A stretch of DNA of 64,000 nucleotides from Candidatus Woesebacteria bacterium RIFCSPHIGHO2_01_FULL_39_32 (GTDB lineage Bacteria > Patescibacteriota > Microgenomatia > UBA8517), in NCBI GenBank assembly GCA_001792345.1, contig MGGJ01000004.1:9697-73696 (forward strand), in the 5' to 3' direction. The translations under genes and the position numbers were made by a program. The notes below the pieces were generated by a model that had not been told where the DNA came from, did no database searches, and saw only the letters and a list, made by a program, of their open reading frames with translations. Below are positions 1 to 9,611 of the stretch, piece after piece. Each line of letters begins with the position of its first letter. Within the stretch, counting starts at the first letter, position 1.

Positions 1-136
1 TGATACCGGCCCTGTGGCCTTCTTGTGGAGTGAGACCCCTAGCACGAGCCCAACGTCGATCTCCATCGGGAATAATAACAATATGGTCCGGAATTTTGGT
101 TCCGGAAGGCAAGGTAAGAGAGTCCTCTCGCGGCAT
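1..136 (-). CDS. uppS: Undecaprenyl/polyprenyl diphosphate synthase (cis-prenyltransferase), N-terminal part, runs off window
   Basis: Manual translation from ATG at 136: MPREDSLTLPSGTKIPDHIVIIPDGDRRWARARGLTPQEGHRAGI, matching PxHIxIIxDG(N)RRWA...EGH; not in ORF track. Confidence 0.9.
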   Translation of the reverse strand, partial: MPREDSLTLPSGTKIPDHIVIIPDGDRRWARARGLTPQEGHRAGI

Positions 137-193
137 GGTTGAAATTATATCATATCAAAACTAATTTCGTGTATAATTAACCCTGATTTTAAA

Positions 194-1330
194 ATGGTTA
201 CGATTGATAAAATTGTTACGAAAACTAAATCAAAAAAGGCGGCCGACGCAAAGGAAACTCTAGAAAAATTCGTTTCAAAAATCGAAGAAGAACTCGAAAG
301 CTATTTCAATAAAGAAATTGCGAACGCATTTGGCGTAAGTAAGAAGGAAAAGCAACTTTCTCTTCACATTTTGCACCACATAAAAGAACATAACTTAAGA
401 CCCGCAAAAAGACTTAGAGGATCTTTTGTTTACTACGGATATAAACTTCTTGGGGGGGGAAAAGAAAAAGACATCATGTTTGCTACGATGAGTATAGAAC
501 TAATCCATACAGCACTTCTTATACACGATGATTTTATGGACCAGGATGATACAAGACGCGGGTTACCAACGACACATGAGTACTATAAAAAATTCCATTT
601 TAATAACAAATTTAGATTTGATCCTCTGCATTACGGTGAAAGTATGGCCGTTAATAGTGGAGATGCGGCGCTTTGTATTGGATTTGAAATTTTAGGAAGA
701 GCGAACTTTAACTCCCAAAATAAGATCTCGGCTTTAAATAGATTATTTAGAGGAATAACAAATACCGCTCTTGGCCAGTCATTTGACATAACGCTAGAAG
801 GCGAAGGTACAGCCTCAGAGAAGGATATAACGGATTTACACCTAGCTAAAACGGCAATATACACATACGAAAATCCTCTCCATATGGGAGCAATTTTATC
901 TGGAGCAAATCAAAAAGACCTAGACTTAATCAGTAAATATGCAATTCCGGGGGGAGTTGCCTTTCAACTCCAAGACGACATTCTTGGCCTTTATGGCGAT
1001 CCAAAGAAAACGGGTAAACCTGCTCATTCAGACTTACGCCAAGGGAAGATGACGCTTTTAATAATTAAAGCACTTGAATTCGGCAACAAAACTCAGCAAA
1101 AAAGACTCAAGGAAATCTGGGGAAAAAGAGACCTAACAGAAAGCGAGGCAAACGAGGTAAGAAAAATAGTAAAAGATACTGGTTCTCTCGAATATTCGCG
1201 AAAGGTTTCTGTAAAATGGGCCAAAAAAGCTCAAAAAGCAGTACCTGAAATGGAAAGGAAGAAATGGAACCAAGAAGCAGTCTACTACCTTGACGGGATC
1301 GCTCAGTATATGGTGGAAAGAGAGGTTTAA
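194..1330 (+). CDS. trans-polyprenyl diphosphate synthase (GGPP synthase-like)
   Basis: KRLR, FARM HDDFMDQDDTRRG, GQ, KTA and SARM FQLQDD motifs. Confidence 0.92.
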   Translation: MVTIDKIVTKTKSKKAADAKETLEKFVSKIEEELESYFNKEIANAFGVSKKEKQLSLHILHHIKEHNLRPAKRLRGSFVYYGYKLLGGGKEKDIMFATMSIELIHTALLIHDDFMDQDDTRRGLPTTHEYYKKFHFNNKFRFDPLHYGESMAVNSGDAALCIGFEILGRANFNSQNKISALNRLFRGITNTALGQSFDITLEGEGTASEKDITDLHLAKTAIYTYENPLHMGAILSGANQKDLDLISKYAIPGGVAFQLQDDILGLYGDPKKTGKPAHSDLRQGKMTLLIIKALEFGNKTQQKRLKEIWGKRDLTESEANEVRKIVKDTGSLEYSRKVSVKWAKKAQKAVPEMERKKWNQEAVYYLDGIAQYMVEREV

Positions 1331-1334
1331 ATTC

Positions 1335-1859
1335 CTACCTAATATTCAACTTCTTTAAAATCATTTTAAACCAAGGAGTGTAAATTTCGGAATTTTCTAC
1401 AACGTCTCTTTTTAATTCCTTTATTGTGACCCATTTAAAATCTGCTGCTTCGTCGGGATTAGGAATTACCGGCCCATCATATGCGCCCTCAAATACTGCA
1501 TCCAACTCGTGTTCCCCCCACGTTTCATCCATTTCTGCTTTATAGATAAATCTGTATAACTCTTTTAAGGAAGTTGAAAAACCCATTTCTTCTTTTAATC
1601 TACGAGCGGCAGCGTCGGAATAACTTTCATCTTTATAAGGGTGACTGCAAACAGTATTGGACCAATAAAGAGGCCAAGTGGGTTTTTTTGTAGATCTTTT
1701 TTGCAGAAGCATAGATTTTTTGTCGGGAGAAAAAATCACAACTGAAATCGCACGATGAAGTGGAACCGGATATTTGTGTGTTGCAAATTTCTCTTTGTAA
1801 TCCAAAACATTATCATTTTCGTCAACCAAAACTACTTCGTCTATAGATGCTTTATCCAT
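1335..1859 (-). CDS. idi: Isopentenyl-diphosphate delta-isomerase type 1
   Basis: LHRAISV, WSNTVCSHP, RRLKEEMG, EHELD motifs; next to prenyltransferases. Confidence 0.93.
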   Translation of the reverse strand: MDKASIDEVVLVDENDNVLDYKEKFATHKYPVPLHRAISVVIFSPDKKSMLLQKRSTKKPTWPLYWSNTVCSHPYKDESYSDAAARRLKEEMGFSTSLKELYRFIYKAEMDETWGEHELDAVFEGAYDGPVIPNPDEAADFKWVTIKELKRDVVENSEIYTPWFKMILKKLNIR

Positions 1860-1876
1860 ACTGAAATCAGGTATTT

Positions 1877-3127
1877 TTAAAAACCTACTTTAACTTCCGA
1901 ACCCAGAGCGCTAAGTTTTTCTTTTAATCGTGCCTCCATTCCAAGAATTCGAGCACGTCTAACTAAATTATCCCAATCCACATTTTGTGCACCGATCAAC
2001 CCTTCTATATCAATTAAGTCATCCTTGTGTTTTCCCCAGTCATCTGGTCCAGATCTTCCTAAAGCCGCTTTAAACAAAATCAGATCTTCTAAACCCATAA
2101 TTCTGCATTCATGCCCCATAAACCTAACAATTCTCGCTTCTTCCCACAAGAAATCAAAATCAAAAGGAACAAGCATTTTTCCAGCTTTTACTTGTAAATT
2201 AGATACAATTTCAACTCCCGGTCCAATATCAGCAAATCTTGTATAGGCCACGGAACTGTCTTTTTCGCCAACTTTAAGGTGCAGTGCTGAAGCTACCTGT
2301 TCTATCTCACTATTAGGCACTAGTATGTCAAAATCTTTCATCAATGCCCTTCCCTCATACATAAATACCGGCATGCCGGAAATAAAAATGTGTCTGAATC
2401 CATTTTCATCCAAAACGTCGCGTAATTTAAAATAGCCGTCTGCCATTTCGCCCTTATAAAAAATGTGCGGAGAGAGTTCCGTAAACATTCTTCTAGCTGT
2501 TTCGTAAACTGTTCCTGAAGCTGATATTCTGTGGATAGTTGCTACTTCTTCAAAAACCCCTAAGATTTCGGACCCTAATTTTTGGTGATGCTGATATCCC
2601 TTTCTAGCTAAAGTAGGATCATCCCCATTCTTTCTCGCAAGTTGTGAACCGTCCCGGTCACAAACCTCAGCTTCTTTGGGTGGTTTGAGTAATGGATGAT
2701 AAGATTCACCACAATCAGGACAAACTCTTCGTTCTTGGACTCTTCCGACCACTTCCTCTTCAGATAGTGTAAGTTCAACTAGATGAAGATTTACACCATT
2801 TCCTTCTCCCCATTTTTTAACCACTTCGGCCTGTTCTGTTGTTCTGGGAATATTATCTAAAACTACTCGACCGGCTGTTAAACTATCTAAAGTTACCCTT
2901 AAACTAGGTAAAAAGGTGCGATCGGGTATCAAATCCCGACTCGTATCCAGAACATGAATTAACTCGGGCACAATATCTTTTCCTCTAACCAATCTTGCCC
3001 TTGTCGTTTCCGCTAAAAATATTGTTTGTGTTGTTTTTCCTGCCGTCGGTGGACTTGCAGCAAATATAAAGGCGTCTCTTGGCACTTTTCTTGTCCTTTC
3101 TGTTTCTTCCAATATTCTTTCTACCAT
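1877..3127 (-). CDS. Adenylate-kinase-like domain fused to C-terminal nucleotidyltransferase-like domain
   Basis: P-loop ASPPTAGKTT, LDNIPRT, Zn-lid RRVCPDCG..CDRDG; C-half SGMPVFMYEGRALMKDFD and LEDLILFK. Confidence 0.7.
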   Translation of the reverse strand: MVERILEETERTRKVPRDAFIFAASPPTAGKTTQTIFLAETTRARLVRGKDIVPELIHVLDTSRDLIPDRTFLPSLRVTLDSLTAGRVVLDNIPRTTEQAEVVKKWGEGNGVNLHLVELTLSEEEVVGRVQERRVCPDCGESYHPLLKPPKEAEVCDRDGSQLARKNGDDPTLARKGYQHHQKLGSEILGVFEEVATIHRISASGTVYETARRMFTELSPHIFYKGEMADGYFKLRDVLDENGFRHIFISGMPVFMYEGRALMKDFDILVPNSEIEQVASALHLKVGEKDSSVAYTRFADIGPGVEIVSNLQVKAGKMLVPFDFDFLWEEARIVRFMGHECRIMGLEDLILFKAALGRSGPDDWGKHKDDLIDIEGLIGAQNVDWDNLVRRARILGMEARLKEKLSALGSEVKVGF

Positions 3128-3202
3128 AAAAGCGTTTAATTATCTACGAAAGGGGGGTTATTTTCAATAAAAATGAGGGGAATACATAGTTGATTAAAGG
3201 AA

Positions 3203-3526
3203 TTAAGACAAATCTAAATACTGCCTGGGTATCCCACCATTTTGTTTTTTTGATTCAATCGCTTGGCTGAATTCATCCATTGCTTGGTTAATTTCTCTCT
3301 ATTGATTGAGTTCTGCTATCTCAGTTGGGGTATACCAGTGAACTTGGAGAGGCTTACCATCCGGCGTATTGTAAGGCGGATCTAAAACATAAGAAATTGC
3401 ACTAACAACCCCTGATTTTGCAACTTCAAGCATTTGCGAAAGCCTTTCTACTACATCCCCGTATCCACGTCTTCCATGCTCTAGAGTACCTATACCACCT
3501 TGTTCAATAGATAACGATCTTTCCAT
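3203..3526 (-). pseudogene. Hypothetical protein, 75 aa to an in-frame TAG (3299-3301); frame stays open to TAA at 3203-3205
   Basis: Manual translation past TAG gives REINQAMDEFSQAIESKKQNGGIPRQYLDLS. Confidence 0.4.
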
Positions 3527-3592
3527 TCTTGATATATTATTGCTAGCTTTGACGAATTTATTTGCGCTAACGTATACTATTAGTCATATATC

Positions 3593-4189
3593 ATGACTAA
3601 AACCCCATGGTTCGACTCGCATAGCTCGCTCACCACAAGCGCTTTTGAAGCAGCTTATAGAAGGCTTGCACTTCCCCTAATGAAATTTATCGTAAAAAGA
3701 GTTGGTGGAAATAAAGAAATGGCTGAGGAGGTATTTTCCCGAACAGTTTCTGCTGCCTGGGAAGGATGGAATGCTTTTGAGCATAAAAGCAGCTACTTCA
3801 CTTGGGTTTGCAGGATTGCTCTTAATAAAATTGCTGATTATTACCGCGAAGAGATTAATCGCGAGTCGAAATTTGTTGCCCCACTTTTAGAAGAAATTGC
3901 TGAAGCTTCTATTAATGAACTTTCACCCCCCGAAAGACTGGCGCTTGATGAGTTAAGATCTTCAGTTAGAGCTTGTATAAAGTTATTACCCGAAGACAAA
4001 AAACAGTTACTTTTTCTTCGCTACTGGAAAGATCTGACAATAAAACAAATTGCTAAACAACTAGGACTTTCTGAGCGTGCTGTTGAAGGCAAACTTTATA
4101 GGGCTCGTAACAAAATGAATGAAATTATTTCTCTGAAATATCCTGAAATAGTCCCAGATTATCTCAGGAAAGAAAAGAAAGATATTTAA
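3593..4189 (+). CDS. ECF-type RNA polymerase sigma-70 factor
   Basis: Region 2 (AEEVFSRT..SSYFTWVCRIALNKIADYYR) and region 4 HTH (TIKQIAKQLGLSERAVEGKLYRAR). Confidence 0.9.
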   Translation: MTKTPWFDSHSSLTTSAFEAAYRRLALPLMKFIVKRVGGNKEMAEEVFSRTVSAAWEGWNAFEHKSSYFTWVCRIALNKIADYYREEINRESKFVAPLLEEIAEASINELSPPERLALDELRSSVRACIKLLPEDKKQLLFLRYWKDLTIKQIAKQLGLSERAVEGKLYRARNKMNEIISLKYPEIVPDYLRKEKKDI

Positions 4190-4884
4190 TATTTCTGAAC
4201 CTTGTATTTTCTTTCAATAAAACTTAAATCTTTCCCTCTTACCATCTCCAAAGTTGTATCTACCCCATCAAATAAATTAGGAAGCTTGTAAATCTCTTTT
4301 TCAGTAAGCCATAGATTTTCTCCTCCCTCAAACGATTTAATCAATTTTCCTGTAAGTTTGGTTGCTTTAAAAGAGAAAAAGAACTTGTCTTCAAGTAGCT
4401 TTCCATCCTTCGCGTAGTCCATTTTGTGTTTAATCCCAACAAGTTTTATTGTTCCCTTTAATCCGGTTTCTTCTTTTAGTTCTCGCACAGCCGTTTCGTA
4501 AATTGTTTCTCCCCATCTAACTTTTCCTCCAAAAAAACCGTAAAAACCGAAGTAAGGTTGTTTTAACCGTTTTTGAACCAAGTATCTATAAGTTCCTTTT
4601 TCATTTTTGATGCAACAAACCAAAACTCCAACTTTTGCTTGACGTTCTGGTACTAAATTTTGGGTATCAAACCTATTGGCAAATTCTTTTCCGCTTGGAG
4701 TTAGGTGATAAGAATTACCGCTTTTTTCTATTAAAGTGGCTTCGATAAGCTTTTTTAAGTGAAAGTTAAACTGATCGCTTGGAACTTTCAGACTATTTAA
4801 TTTAGAAAACCGAGCTTTTGTTCTAAAAAGTAAAACCAAAAGTATGTTTACTTGAACTGGATGTATCTCGTTTTCAATTGCCAT
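4186..4884 (-). CDS. Winged-HTH plus NUDIX hydrolase
   Basis: N-terminal FNFHLKKL..YHLTPSG; Nudix box GGKVRWGETIYETAVRELKEETG. Confidence 0.85.
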   Translation of the reverse strand: MAIENEIHPVQVNILLVLLFRTKARFSKLNSLKVPSDQFNFHLKKLIEATLIEKSGNSYHLTPSGKEFANRFDTQNLVPERQAKVGVLVCCIKNEKGTYRYLVQKRLKQPYFGFYGFFGGKVRWGETIYETAVRELKEETGLKGTIKLVGIKHKMDYAKDGKLLEDKFFFSFKATKLTGKLIKSFEGGENLWLTEKEIYKLPNLFDGVDTTLEMVRGKDLSFIERKYKVQKY

Positions 4885-4961
4885 ACACCAATTCTAATAG
4901 GAATTATTACAAAATCCAGTGAAGCCGACTTAAGTAAGCTTTGCTATGTTAAACTTGACTA

Positions 4962-5579
4962 ATGAATCTGATCTTTGATTTTGACGGAACAATATGTGAT
5001 AACTTTGATACTGTCTTTATTCTAGCCACAGAATTTCTACAGAAAGAAGGGAGGACCATAATCTCAGCTAACGAAGTTCGCAGAAAAGGAGCTAAAAAAC
5101 TTATTTCGGAGAGCGGAATACCAAAATATAAAATTCCTAAACTTTTACTTCTTGCTAGGAAAAAGATAGCGGAACAGATCCCCAATTTAAAACTTTTTAA
5201 AACCTTACCCAAAGTAATTATAAAACTCTCCAAGAAACACAAATTAGGAATAATCACGTCTAATTCAGTAGAAAATGTGACTACTTTTTTGAAAAATCAC
5301 AAACTTTTAAAATATTTTAGTTTTATACATTCAGAAATTGATTTATTCGGTAAAGGAAAAAAATTAAAAAAAGTGATTTCCAGATTCAGTCTTTTACCAG
5401 AAGAAACAATCTATATTGGTGATGAAACAAGAGATATAGAAGCGGCAAAATATGCAAAAATAAAATCGGTCGCGGTAATTTGGGGCTACGAATCCGAAAA
5501 GTCACTGAAAGGACAAAATCCAGATTATATTGCCGAAAAACCCAAGGATCTTTTGAAGATGTTTAATCTTACCTCTTAG
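4962..5579 (+). CDS. HAD-superfamily phosphatase (phosphoglycolate phosphatase-like)
   Basis: DFDGT, TSN, YIGDETRDIEAA motifs. Confidence 0.9.
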   Translation: MNLIFDFDGTICDNFDTVFILATEFLQKEGRTIISANEVRRKGAKKLISESGIPKYKIPKLLLLARKKIAEQIPNLKLFKTLPKVIIKLSKKHKLGIITSNSVENVTTFLKNHKLLKYFSFIHSEIDLFGKGKKLKKVISRFSLLPEETIYIGDETRDIEAAKYAKIKSVAVIWGYESEKSLKGQNPDYIAEKPKDLLKMFNLTS

Positions 5580-5979
5580 GAGATTGTTTAGCCCTTCTCG
5601 CCTTACCGCCTGTTCCGATTTTTCGACGTTCACGGGTACGAGAATCCCGTGTGAGAAGACCGGCTTTTTTAAGTACGGGGCGAAATTCATCTCTATTTAG
5701 CTTTGCGAAGGCTCGCGCAATTCCATGTACAACGGCATCCAGTTGACCCATTACTCCTCCGCCAACAACTTTAACTGTTGCGTAATATTTATCTGTTGCA
5801 TCTAGTGTCCTGAAAGGCTTAGACCACAAATCCTTATTAGTCGGGCCCGGAAAATAATCGGATATTAATTTCCCATTCACGGTCGTGTCTCCCTTTCCTC
5901 TAAAAAGTCGTACGCGGGCGGCTGCACTTCTTCGACGTCCTACCGCGTATGTATAGTTTGGTTTAGAATTTTTTGCCAT
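5569..5979 (-). CDS. rpsI: 30S ribosomal protein S9
   Basis: GRRR..A, GGGVMGQ, LTRDSR, C-terminal SPKR. Confidence 0.97.
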   Translation of the reverse strand: MAKNSKPNYTYAVGRRRSAAARVRLFRGKGDTTVNGKLISDYFPGPTNKDLWSKPFRTLDATDKYYATVKVVGGGVMGQLDAVVHGIARAFAKLNRDEFRPVLKKAGLLTRDSRTRERRKIGTGGKARRAKQSPKR

Positions 5980-5982
5980 ACT

Positions 5983-6405
5983 TTATTCTCTTACTTTAAA
6001 TTTATCTTTATAAGGGTGGTTTAAATCTGCAAAGACTTTGAGCCGAACCATTCTTTTGCTTTTGAGACGATTATCGGGAAGCATTCCGGATACTGCATGT
6101 TGGATAACTTTTTCCGGCTGCTCCTTAATCATTTTCTCAAAACTAACTTCTTTAAAGCCTCCCGGATAACCCGAATGCCTTCGATATACTTTTTGACCAG
6201 ATTTATTACCGGTAAGTCCCACTTCTTTCGCATTTACGATAACCACGTAGTCTCCCATATCCATGTGATCCGAATACTTTGGTTTATGCTTTCCCATCAA
6301 AAGACGTGCGATTTGAGTTGATAGCCTCCCTAATATCTGGTTTTGGGCATCGACAAGATGCCAGTTTCGTTTTACGTCTTTGCCTTTTGGTTGATATGTC
6401 TTCAT
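5983..6405 (-). CDS. rplM: 50S ribosomal protein L13
   Basis: WHLVDA, LGRLS, GKHKP, HSGYPGG. Confidence 0.97.
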   Translation of the reverse strand: MKTYQPKGKDVKRNWHLVDAQNQILGRLSTQIARLLMGKHKPKYSDHMDMGDYVVIVNAKEVGLTGNKSGQKVYRRHSGYPGGFKEVSFEKMIKEQPEKVIQHAVSGMLPDNRLKSKRMVRLKVFADLNHPYKDKFKVRE

Positions 6406-6410
6406 AATTA

Positions 6411-6890
6411 TTATTTAGGCATACTTCGTTTTCTCAGATTCTTCGCTCTTTCTAGAACTTTTCCCTTTAAGCCCTTTTTAATTGGTTTTTCAGCCTCTTT
6501 CTTTTCTTTTCCTTCTTTTTTAGTCTGAATCTTAATCTTCTGACTCCACTCAAGTCTTACGATAGAACTTCTATCTCCCCGCCTTTCGGGAAGTTTAATA
6601 ATTCTGGTAAATCCGCTGTTCCTTCCCGTAAATTGAGGTGCTATTCCAAAAAGTGAATCGGTAGTCTTCCTGTCGTTTGCAAGAGAGGCATAAACGCGCC
6701 TTCGCGCAGATATTCCTTCCTTTCTTGTCATACCTACTAATCTTTCAATTTGGGATTTAATAGCTTTTGCTTTTGCATATGTAGTTATTATTTCTCCATG
6801 TAAAACCAACGCTTTTATCAAGCTTATGAAAAGTGCCTTCCTTGAACCCCTATCTCGGGATAGCTTTCTTCCGAATACTCTCTTTTTCAT
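6411..6890 (-). CDS. rplQ: 50S ribosomal protein L17 with Lys-rich tail
   Basis: GRKLSR, IITTYAKAK, SGFTRI, RRGD; follows rpoA. Confidence 0.95.
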   Translation of the reverse strand: MKKRVFGRKLSRDRGSRKALFISLIKALVLHGEIITTYAKAKAIKSQIERLVGMTRKEGISARRRVYASLANDRKTTDSLFGIAPQFTGRNSGFTRIIKLPERRGDRSSIVRLEWSQKIKIQTKKEGKEKKEAEKPIKKGLKGKVLERAKNLRKRSMPK

Positions 6891-7810
6891 GCGATTAGAT
6901 TGGTTAACACAAGTCCTCTCTCACCAAGTGCTGCTTCAATTATTTTTACGGACTTTTCTCCAAGGTTTCGTACTTTGACAAGTTCGTCTCTTTTTGCAGT
7001 CACAAGTTCTTCGACTGACTCGTATCCGGCTTTTACTAGGGCATTTGCTACTCTTGTCGGTAATCCTATTTCTTCAACTGAAAGTTTTCCAACGGGACCC
7101 AAATTATCTACCTCTTCTTTAACTTTTTTCTCAATCTTTTTGGGAGTAACAACTTGGTTAAAGTACGCAACGAGAATACTGGCAGCAGTAGTCAACGCCT
7201 CTTTGGGATCAACTGTTGCATCTGTCCAAATTTCGATAGTTAATTTGTCATAATTGGTCAATCTACCGACACGGGTTTCTTCCACTTTATAGTTAACTCT
7301 TATGACTGGAGAAAATGAAGCGTCGAGTGGAATCAAGCCAATTTCACCTGTTGCACGCTCATCTGCCGGAGAGTAACCACTTCCTGCCTCAACTTCCAAT
7401 TTTGCTTCCAACTTTGATCCTTTATTTAAACTTGCTAGAATCAAATCAGGATTCATTATAGTTACAGTTGCATCAGACTTTATATCAGATGCTTTTATAT
7501 CCTTTGGTCCTGTTGCTGTGATTGTTGCTTTTACAACTCTTTCTCCGTCGTATTTAATGCGGACCTTTTTAAGATTAAGTAAAAATTCAACAATATCTTC
7601 TTTCATACCTTTAAGAGTCGAAAATTGGTGTTTTACACCGCTAATTCGTACATTAGTAATTGCCGCTCCAGGTAAGCTAGTTAGTAAGACTCGCCTTAAG
7701 GAATTTCCGAGAGTATTTCCATACCCTTGTTCTAAGGGGGATATAACAAATCGTCCATAGTTGACCTTTTTCTCTTCTTGTTTAATTTCAAAAATTGGTT
7801 CGGTTATCAT
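6887..7810 (-). CDS. rpoA: RNA polymerase alpha subunit
   Basis: PLEQGYGNTLGNSLRRVLL; alpha-CTD NLGEKS. Confidence 0.98.
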   Translation of the reverse strand: MITEPIFEIKQEEKKVNYGRFVISPLEQGYGNTLGNSLRRVLLTSLPGAAITNVRISGVKHQFSTLKGMKEDIVEFLLNLKKVRIKYDGERVVKATITATGPKDIKASDIKSDATVTIMNPDLILASLNKGSKLEAKLEVEAGSGYSPADERATGEIGLIPLDASFSPVIRVNYKVEETRVGRLTNYDKLTIEIWTDATVDPKEALTTAASILVAYFNQVVTPKKIEKKVKEEVDNLGPVGKLSVEEIGLPTRVANALVKAGYESVEELVTAKRDELVKVRNLGEKSVKIIEAALGERGLVLTNLIA

Positions 7811-7824
7811 GACTTTTCACCTCC

Positions 7825-8424
7825 TCATCGTGAGTAAAACTCAACAATATCTTGTTCTGAAATTGGCTCAGCAATATCTTCTCTTTTTGGCAAAGAGGAA
7901 ACTTTTCCTATAACGGCCTTGCGTTTAAGCCAACTTGGCAATCTTGTTTCCTCTTCCTGTAAAAGTTTCTTAATACTTGGTATACCAAGTGCCTTTGATG
8001 TCAAATTAACTGTTTCACCAACCCTTACCTGATATGATGGAATATTTACTTTTTTTCCGTTAACTAGGACGTGTCTATGTCCGACAAGTTGACGTGCGGC
8101 CGACCGGCTAGGAGCAAAACCAAGTCGGTAAACAGTATTATCTAATCTTCGCTCCAGTAGAGAAATGAGCATTTCTCCAGTATTACCTTTCGATTTAAGT
8201 GCTTGAGTAATGTATTTTTTGAATTGTTTCTCTAATACTCCATACATTCTTCTTACTTTCTGCTTTTCCCGTAATTGTCTTCCATACTGAGAAGGCGTTC
8301 TTGTACCCCTTGGGCCATGCATACCAGGAGGTACTGTCAAACGCGTAAGCTTAGATCCTTTTCCAAAAAGATCTGTGCCTTCACGTCTTGATAATTTATC
8401 TTTTGGTCCAGTGTAGCGTGCCAT
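7825..8424 (-). CDS. rpsD: 30S ribosomal protein S4
   Basis: MARYTGP, QLREKQK, LERRLDN, S4 domain. Confidence 0.98.
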   Translation of the reverse strand: MARYTGPKDKLSRREGTDLFGKGSKLTRLTVPPGMHGPRGTRTPSQYGRQLREKQKVRRMYGVLEKQFKKYITQALKSKGNTGEMLISLLERRLDNTVYRLGFAPSRSAARQLVGHRHVLVNGKKVNIPSYQVRVGETVNLTSKALGIPSIKKLLQEEETRLPSWLKRKAVIGKVSSLPKREDIAEPISEQDIVEFYSR

Positions 8425-8426
8425 CG

Positions 8427-8819
8427 TTATGCTCTCCTTTTTTTCTTCGGTCTTGGGCCATTATGTGGAATAGGCGTAACATCTGCAATCATGGCAATCT
8501 TTAATCCTGTTGATCTTATTGCCCTTAGGGCCGCATCGCGTCCTGGCCCAGGACCCTTTACATAAATTTCAACTTCTGTGAGTGCATTTTCTTCTTTGGC
8601 TTTTTTTATCACCTTATCGGTAGCGGTAGTAGCGGCAAAGGGAGTCGATTTCCTTGTTCCTTTAAACCCTACGTTTCCGGACGAACCCCAGACCAAAGCG
8701 TTCCCCTCCATATCAGTTACAGTAATAAGCGTGTTATTGAACGTAGCCGAAATATAGACTTTTCCCTTGGGGGACTGTTTTTTTTCAACCCTATCCTTTT
8801 TTGTTTTCTTAGCTGCCAT
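8427..8819 (-). CDS. rpsK: 30S ribosomal protein S11
   Basis: TFNNT, KSTPFAA, DVTPIPHNG. Confidence 0.98.
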   Translation of the reverse strand: MAAKKTKKDRVEKKQSPKGKVYISATFNNTLITVTDMEGNALVWGSSGNVGFKGTRKSTPFAATTATDKVIKKAKEENALTEVEIYVKGPGPGRDAALRAIRSTGLKIAMIADVTPIPHNGPRPKKKRRA

Positions 8820-8822
8820 TTT

Positions 8823-9233
8823 TTACGCTTCCTTTTCAGTCTTTTGCTGGGTCAATTTTGATAATATCTCTTTCTTGAATGCTCCAACCGTTCTTCTTTT
8901 ACCTCTTTTGGTTCGGGCGTTGCTTCGTGTACGCTGCCCTCGGGTCGGGAGATTTCTCGCATGTCTTACGCCTCTATAGGCACCAATTGTTTTAAGTCTC
9001 TGAACGTTAGCCCTCACTTGACGAAGTAGGTCTCCTTCAATAGAGTATTTCTCTAATTTATTTGCAAGCTTTGCCAATTCTTCAGAAGAAAGATCAGACA
9101 CTCTCTTTGTTGTTGGAAAATCCAGCAACTTGAGAATTTTTTTTGACAATGCCCACCCCATACCCTTAATACGAGTGAGGGCATAATCAACTTTCCAACT
9201 ATCTTGTAGATCAACTCCAGCTAATCTAGTCAC
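8823..9233 (-). CDS. rpsM: 30S ribosomal protein S13 (GTG start)
   Basis: RLAGVD, YRGVRH, PTRGQRTRSNARTKRG. Confidence 0.97.
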   Translation of the reverse strand: MTRLAGVDLQDSWKVDYALTRIKGMGWALSKKILKLLDFPTTKRVSDLSSEELAKLANKLEKYSIEGDLLRQVRANVQRLKTIGAYRGVRHARNLPTRGQRTRSNARTKRGKRRTVGAFKKEILSKLTQQKTEKEA

Positions 9234-9238
9234 TTTAG

Positions 9239-9352
9239 TTATCCCTGTCTTTGTTTGTGCCTTGGATTTTTACAAATCACATAGACAACTCCCTTACGCC
9301 TAACGATCTTACAATCCCTACATCTTTTTTTTACGGATGATTGAACTTTCAT
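9239..9352 (-). CDS. rpmJ: 50S ribosomal protein L36 (Zn-binding type)
   Basis: Manual translation [37 protein letters not shown]; below ORF-track cutoff. Confidence 0.97.
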   Translation of the reverse strand: MKVQSSVKKRCRDCKIVRRKGVVYVICKNPRHKQRQG

Positions 9353-9570
9353 TTTCTATATTTATTTACAATTCTTCCTCTCTCCTCGTCATACTTTGTC
9401 ATTTCTACACTTACTTTATCTCCAGGAAAAATTCGTACGTATCTCCTCCTTAACATTCCTTTTAGCGTTGCCAATATAAGTCTTCCATCTGATAACTCTA
9501 CCCGGAACATTGTATTAGGCAAGGCCTCGAGAACTTCCCCATCAATTTTTGTCGTATCTTCCTGTTTCAT
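9349..9570 (-). CDS. infA: Translation initiation factor IF-1
   Basis: [23 protein letters not shown]. Confidence 0.96.
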   Translation of the reverse strand: MKQEDTTKIDGEVLEALPNTMFRVELSDGRLILATLKGMLRRRYVRIFPGDKVSVEMTKYDEERGRIVNKYRK

Positions 9571-9611
9571 TTCTTTAAACAAAAAAACAAGCTAACTATT
9601 TCATTAGCTTT

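Noticed and set aside
105..136. tRNA-like 3' end (GAGTCCTCTCGCGGCA) on the plus strand
   Set aside because: No TTC T-loop or cloverleaf; the region is the uppS start on the minus strand
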